DNA of 64,000 bases from Catajapyx aquilonaris (taxonomy: Eukaryota), in NCBI GenBank assembly GCA_000934665.2, contig KZ538101.1:1-64000 (forward strand), given 5' to 3'. The notes below the pieces were generated by a model. It was not told where the DNA came from. It saw nothing but the letters and a program-made list of their open reading frames with translations, and ran no database searches. The number at the start of each line of letters is the position of its first letter. The first letter of the stretch is position 1. Both the position numbers and the translations under genes were made by a program. Of this stretch, positions 62,131 through 64,000 are shown in pieces.

Positions 62131-62864
62131 AATGGACACTATCCAAGTGTCACTCACCGATTTTCTTGAAATTCGGTGCACAAAAACAAAAGAAGAGCCT
62201 TTAGTGTTGTGTACTTGTGTGTTTAGACTAAGAAGTGTTGCAGTGATGTGTTTGTTTAGATTGTGTTGTTATCTTCAAATATTTGAAAAAATGTAATTTT
62301 TTTCAAATGTAATTTTAAAACCGGCGCGGCGTTAAATGTGAAACGACGTAAAATGGAGCGGCGCGTAAAACGGGTACTTCCCGTGTACGTCTGGCGACAG
62401 TGATGCCACCGTGCGATCAGCCACCAGTACGTTACAGCCGAGATCTCCTGACACATCTCAAACTTGTGCGTCGGTCACTTACAATGAGATAATGTACGCT
62501 ACAATTACAAAAAAAAAACCTGTGACAAGTTTCACACCATCCTGAATAAGTGTTCCCAAAATAGGCGTCACCATGACTTTCGTTTTGGTCTTCAGCATTG
62601 CCTGATATTTCGAACATATCACGATATTTCATGTCGAGTGGTGCACCAGGTCATGGTTTCCCATTACATTTACTTGAAGAGGTCGTCAAAAATGGAAATT
62701 TGGAGTTTTCGGAATTTTACGAGTTGACCTCTGTACTGCCCCCTCAAAAATGGGTCACATGGTCATTTTGCGCAGATCACATTAGGTGCGTTTTTCATAC
62801 CTTGGAGTGGGCTACCAATGCACCGAATTGCAAGAAAATCGGTGATACTTGGATAGTCTCCCTT
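62131..62864. mobile_element. Non-autonomous DNA transposon, ~730 bp
   Basis: actatccaagtgtcactcaccgattttcttgaaattcggtgca (62138-62180) is the inverted counterpart of tgcaccgaattgcaagaaaatcggtgatacttggatagt (62819-62857); superfamily not assignable. Confidence 0.7.
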
Positions 62865-64000
62865 GTCAGCCAAGATATGCCGCAGAGGAGTGGATGCAAT
62901 CTGAGTCTACCTCTGGTGATTGCATCGCGGGGACATTTCATATATCCTCCTGATCTAAAAAAAATATTTTTGACGCCAACCAGTGATGCCAACAGAACTG
63001 TAATATACTGGTATCCCATGGTTACAATCTGGCCTCAATAGCTGTAGCCACCTAGCGTCGAATATCTGGCTTGGGCCGCGAAAATTAAATCGCGGACAAA
63101 ATGGCGGATTCCGCTGCTGATGATTCTGTGACAATCTTTGTTGCTGTAGAGAACTGGTCATTTTCTTTTCTTCCTGAGACCAAATGCCCATTTAAATGGA
63201 CATCCGAAAAGTGGCATTTTTAGCTGAATGGGTGTGACTTTTCTTTACGTGTCTGTACCTATACACCCATAAGGAAGTGGACTTTGCACTATGCAGTTCA
63301 GTTTTAAAATCTAGAATAGCAAAGTACCACTCCAGCGGGTAAGAAGGGAAGGAGCAAGCCCTATCCCTGGAGTGGTGGCGTTAAAAAATAATTTCATTTA
63401 TCTTTAACTGTCTTCTGAGAGGAATTGCTACCACGAATACCACAAATAAATTTTAAAAACATTGTTTGGAGGATAGAGCACTATGTGAGTGATCCCTTAA
63501 GTGGTATTTCAATTTTCAGCTTTCATCCGTTCTGCTTTTGTAGCACCAATTGGGTCCTAATGTTCTCATTGGTTGTTTGTCGCCATTTTTGTCGATATTT
63601 TAAAACTAAATTTTTTTTCTCGTTTCTTATTGGGAACATGTTCAGAAAATGCAATAGGAACTGACATTGCGTTAAAAAATTCTTCTCAGGTCTCAGGAGG
63701 ATAATGCAGCTTTTCAATATAGGAATATTTTATTACCAACATTATAATTATTATCCTCTGCGTGGCCTGACCGGTGACCAGAGGATTCATTGTATTGGTC
63801 GTGTGAGATGTCCAGGTATGCACCTGGTCATCGCTGGCTATCCCATCATGGGAGAAAGCAGCAATGGAATGAAAAAAATGAACGAACACTATTATTACGT
63901 CTATAAGTGATTGTTGCATTGGATTATAATCGTCCTCGATAATGGCTAATGTCACAGCCTTTCACCTGGAAACCTGCACTCATAGGTGAGGCGCTTAGAA

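Overview
Eukaryotic, most likely arthropod, genomic DNA with three larger N gaps next to G/C runs. I can support one protein-coding gene: an 8-exon, 386-aa secreted arthropod-type CUB-domain protein (+, 11073-15293). Convergent to it is an exact mature miR-184 in a good hairpin (-, ~17935-18013). The remaining ~46 kb has no recognisable intact protein gene. It alternates AT-rich, repeat-littered DNA with GC-rich islands that look like the regulatory or host-transcript landscape of pri-mir-184 (inference). Repeats include a ~3.1 kb foldback carrying mirrored tRNA-like modules, many palindromic MITEs (one nested, with an empty-site relative in the window), tRNA-derived SINEs with target-site duplications, a tRNA-Ala pseudogene and a hAT transposase remnant. 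The most unusual items are a perfectly paired, GC-rich tRNA-like gene with a CCC anticodon and C33 on an Arg-like scaffold (same strand as, and ~2.4 kb upstream of, mir-184), its CpG-decayed relative in the CUB intron, and a SINE pair with swapped 3' stem-loop tails. All alignments were done by eye; most ORF-track entries appear spurious.
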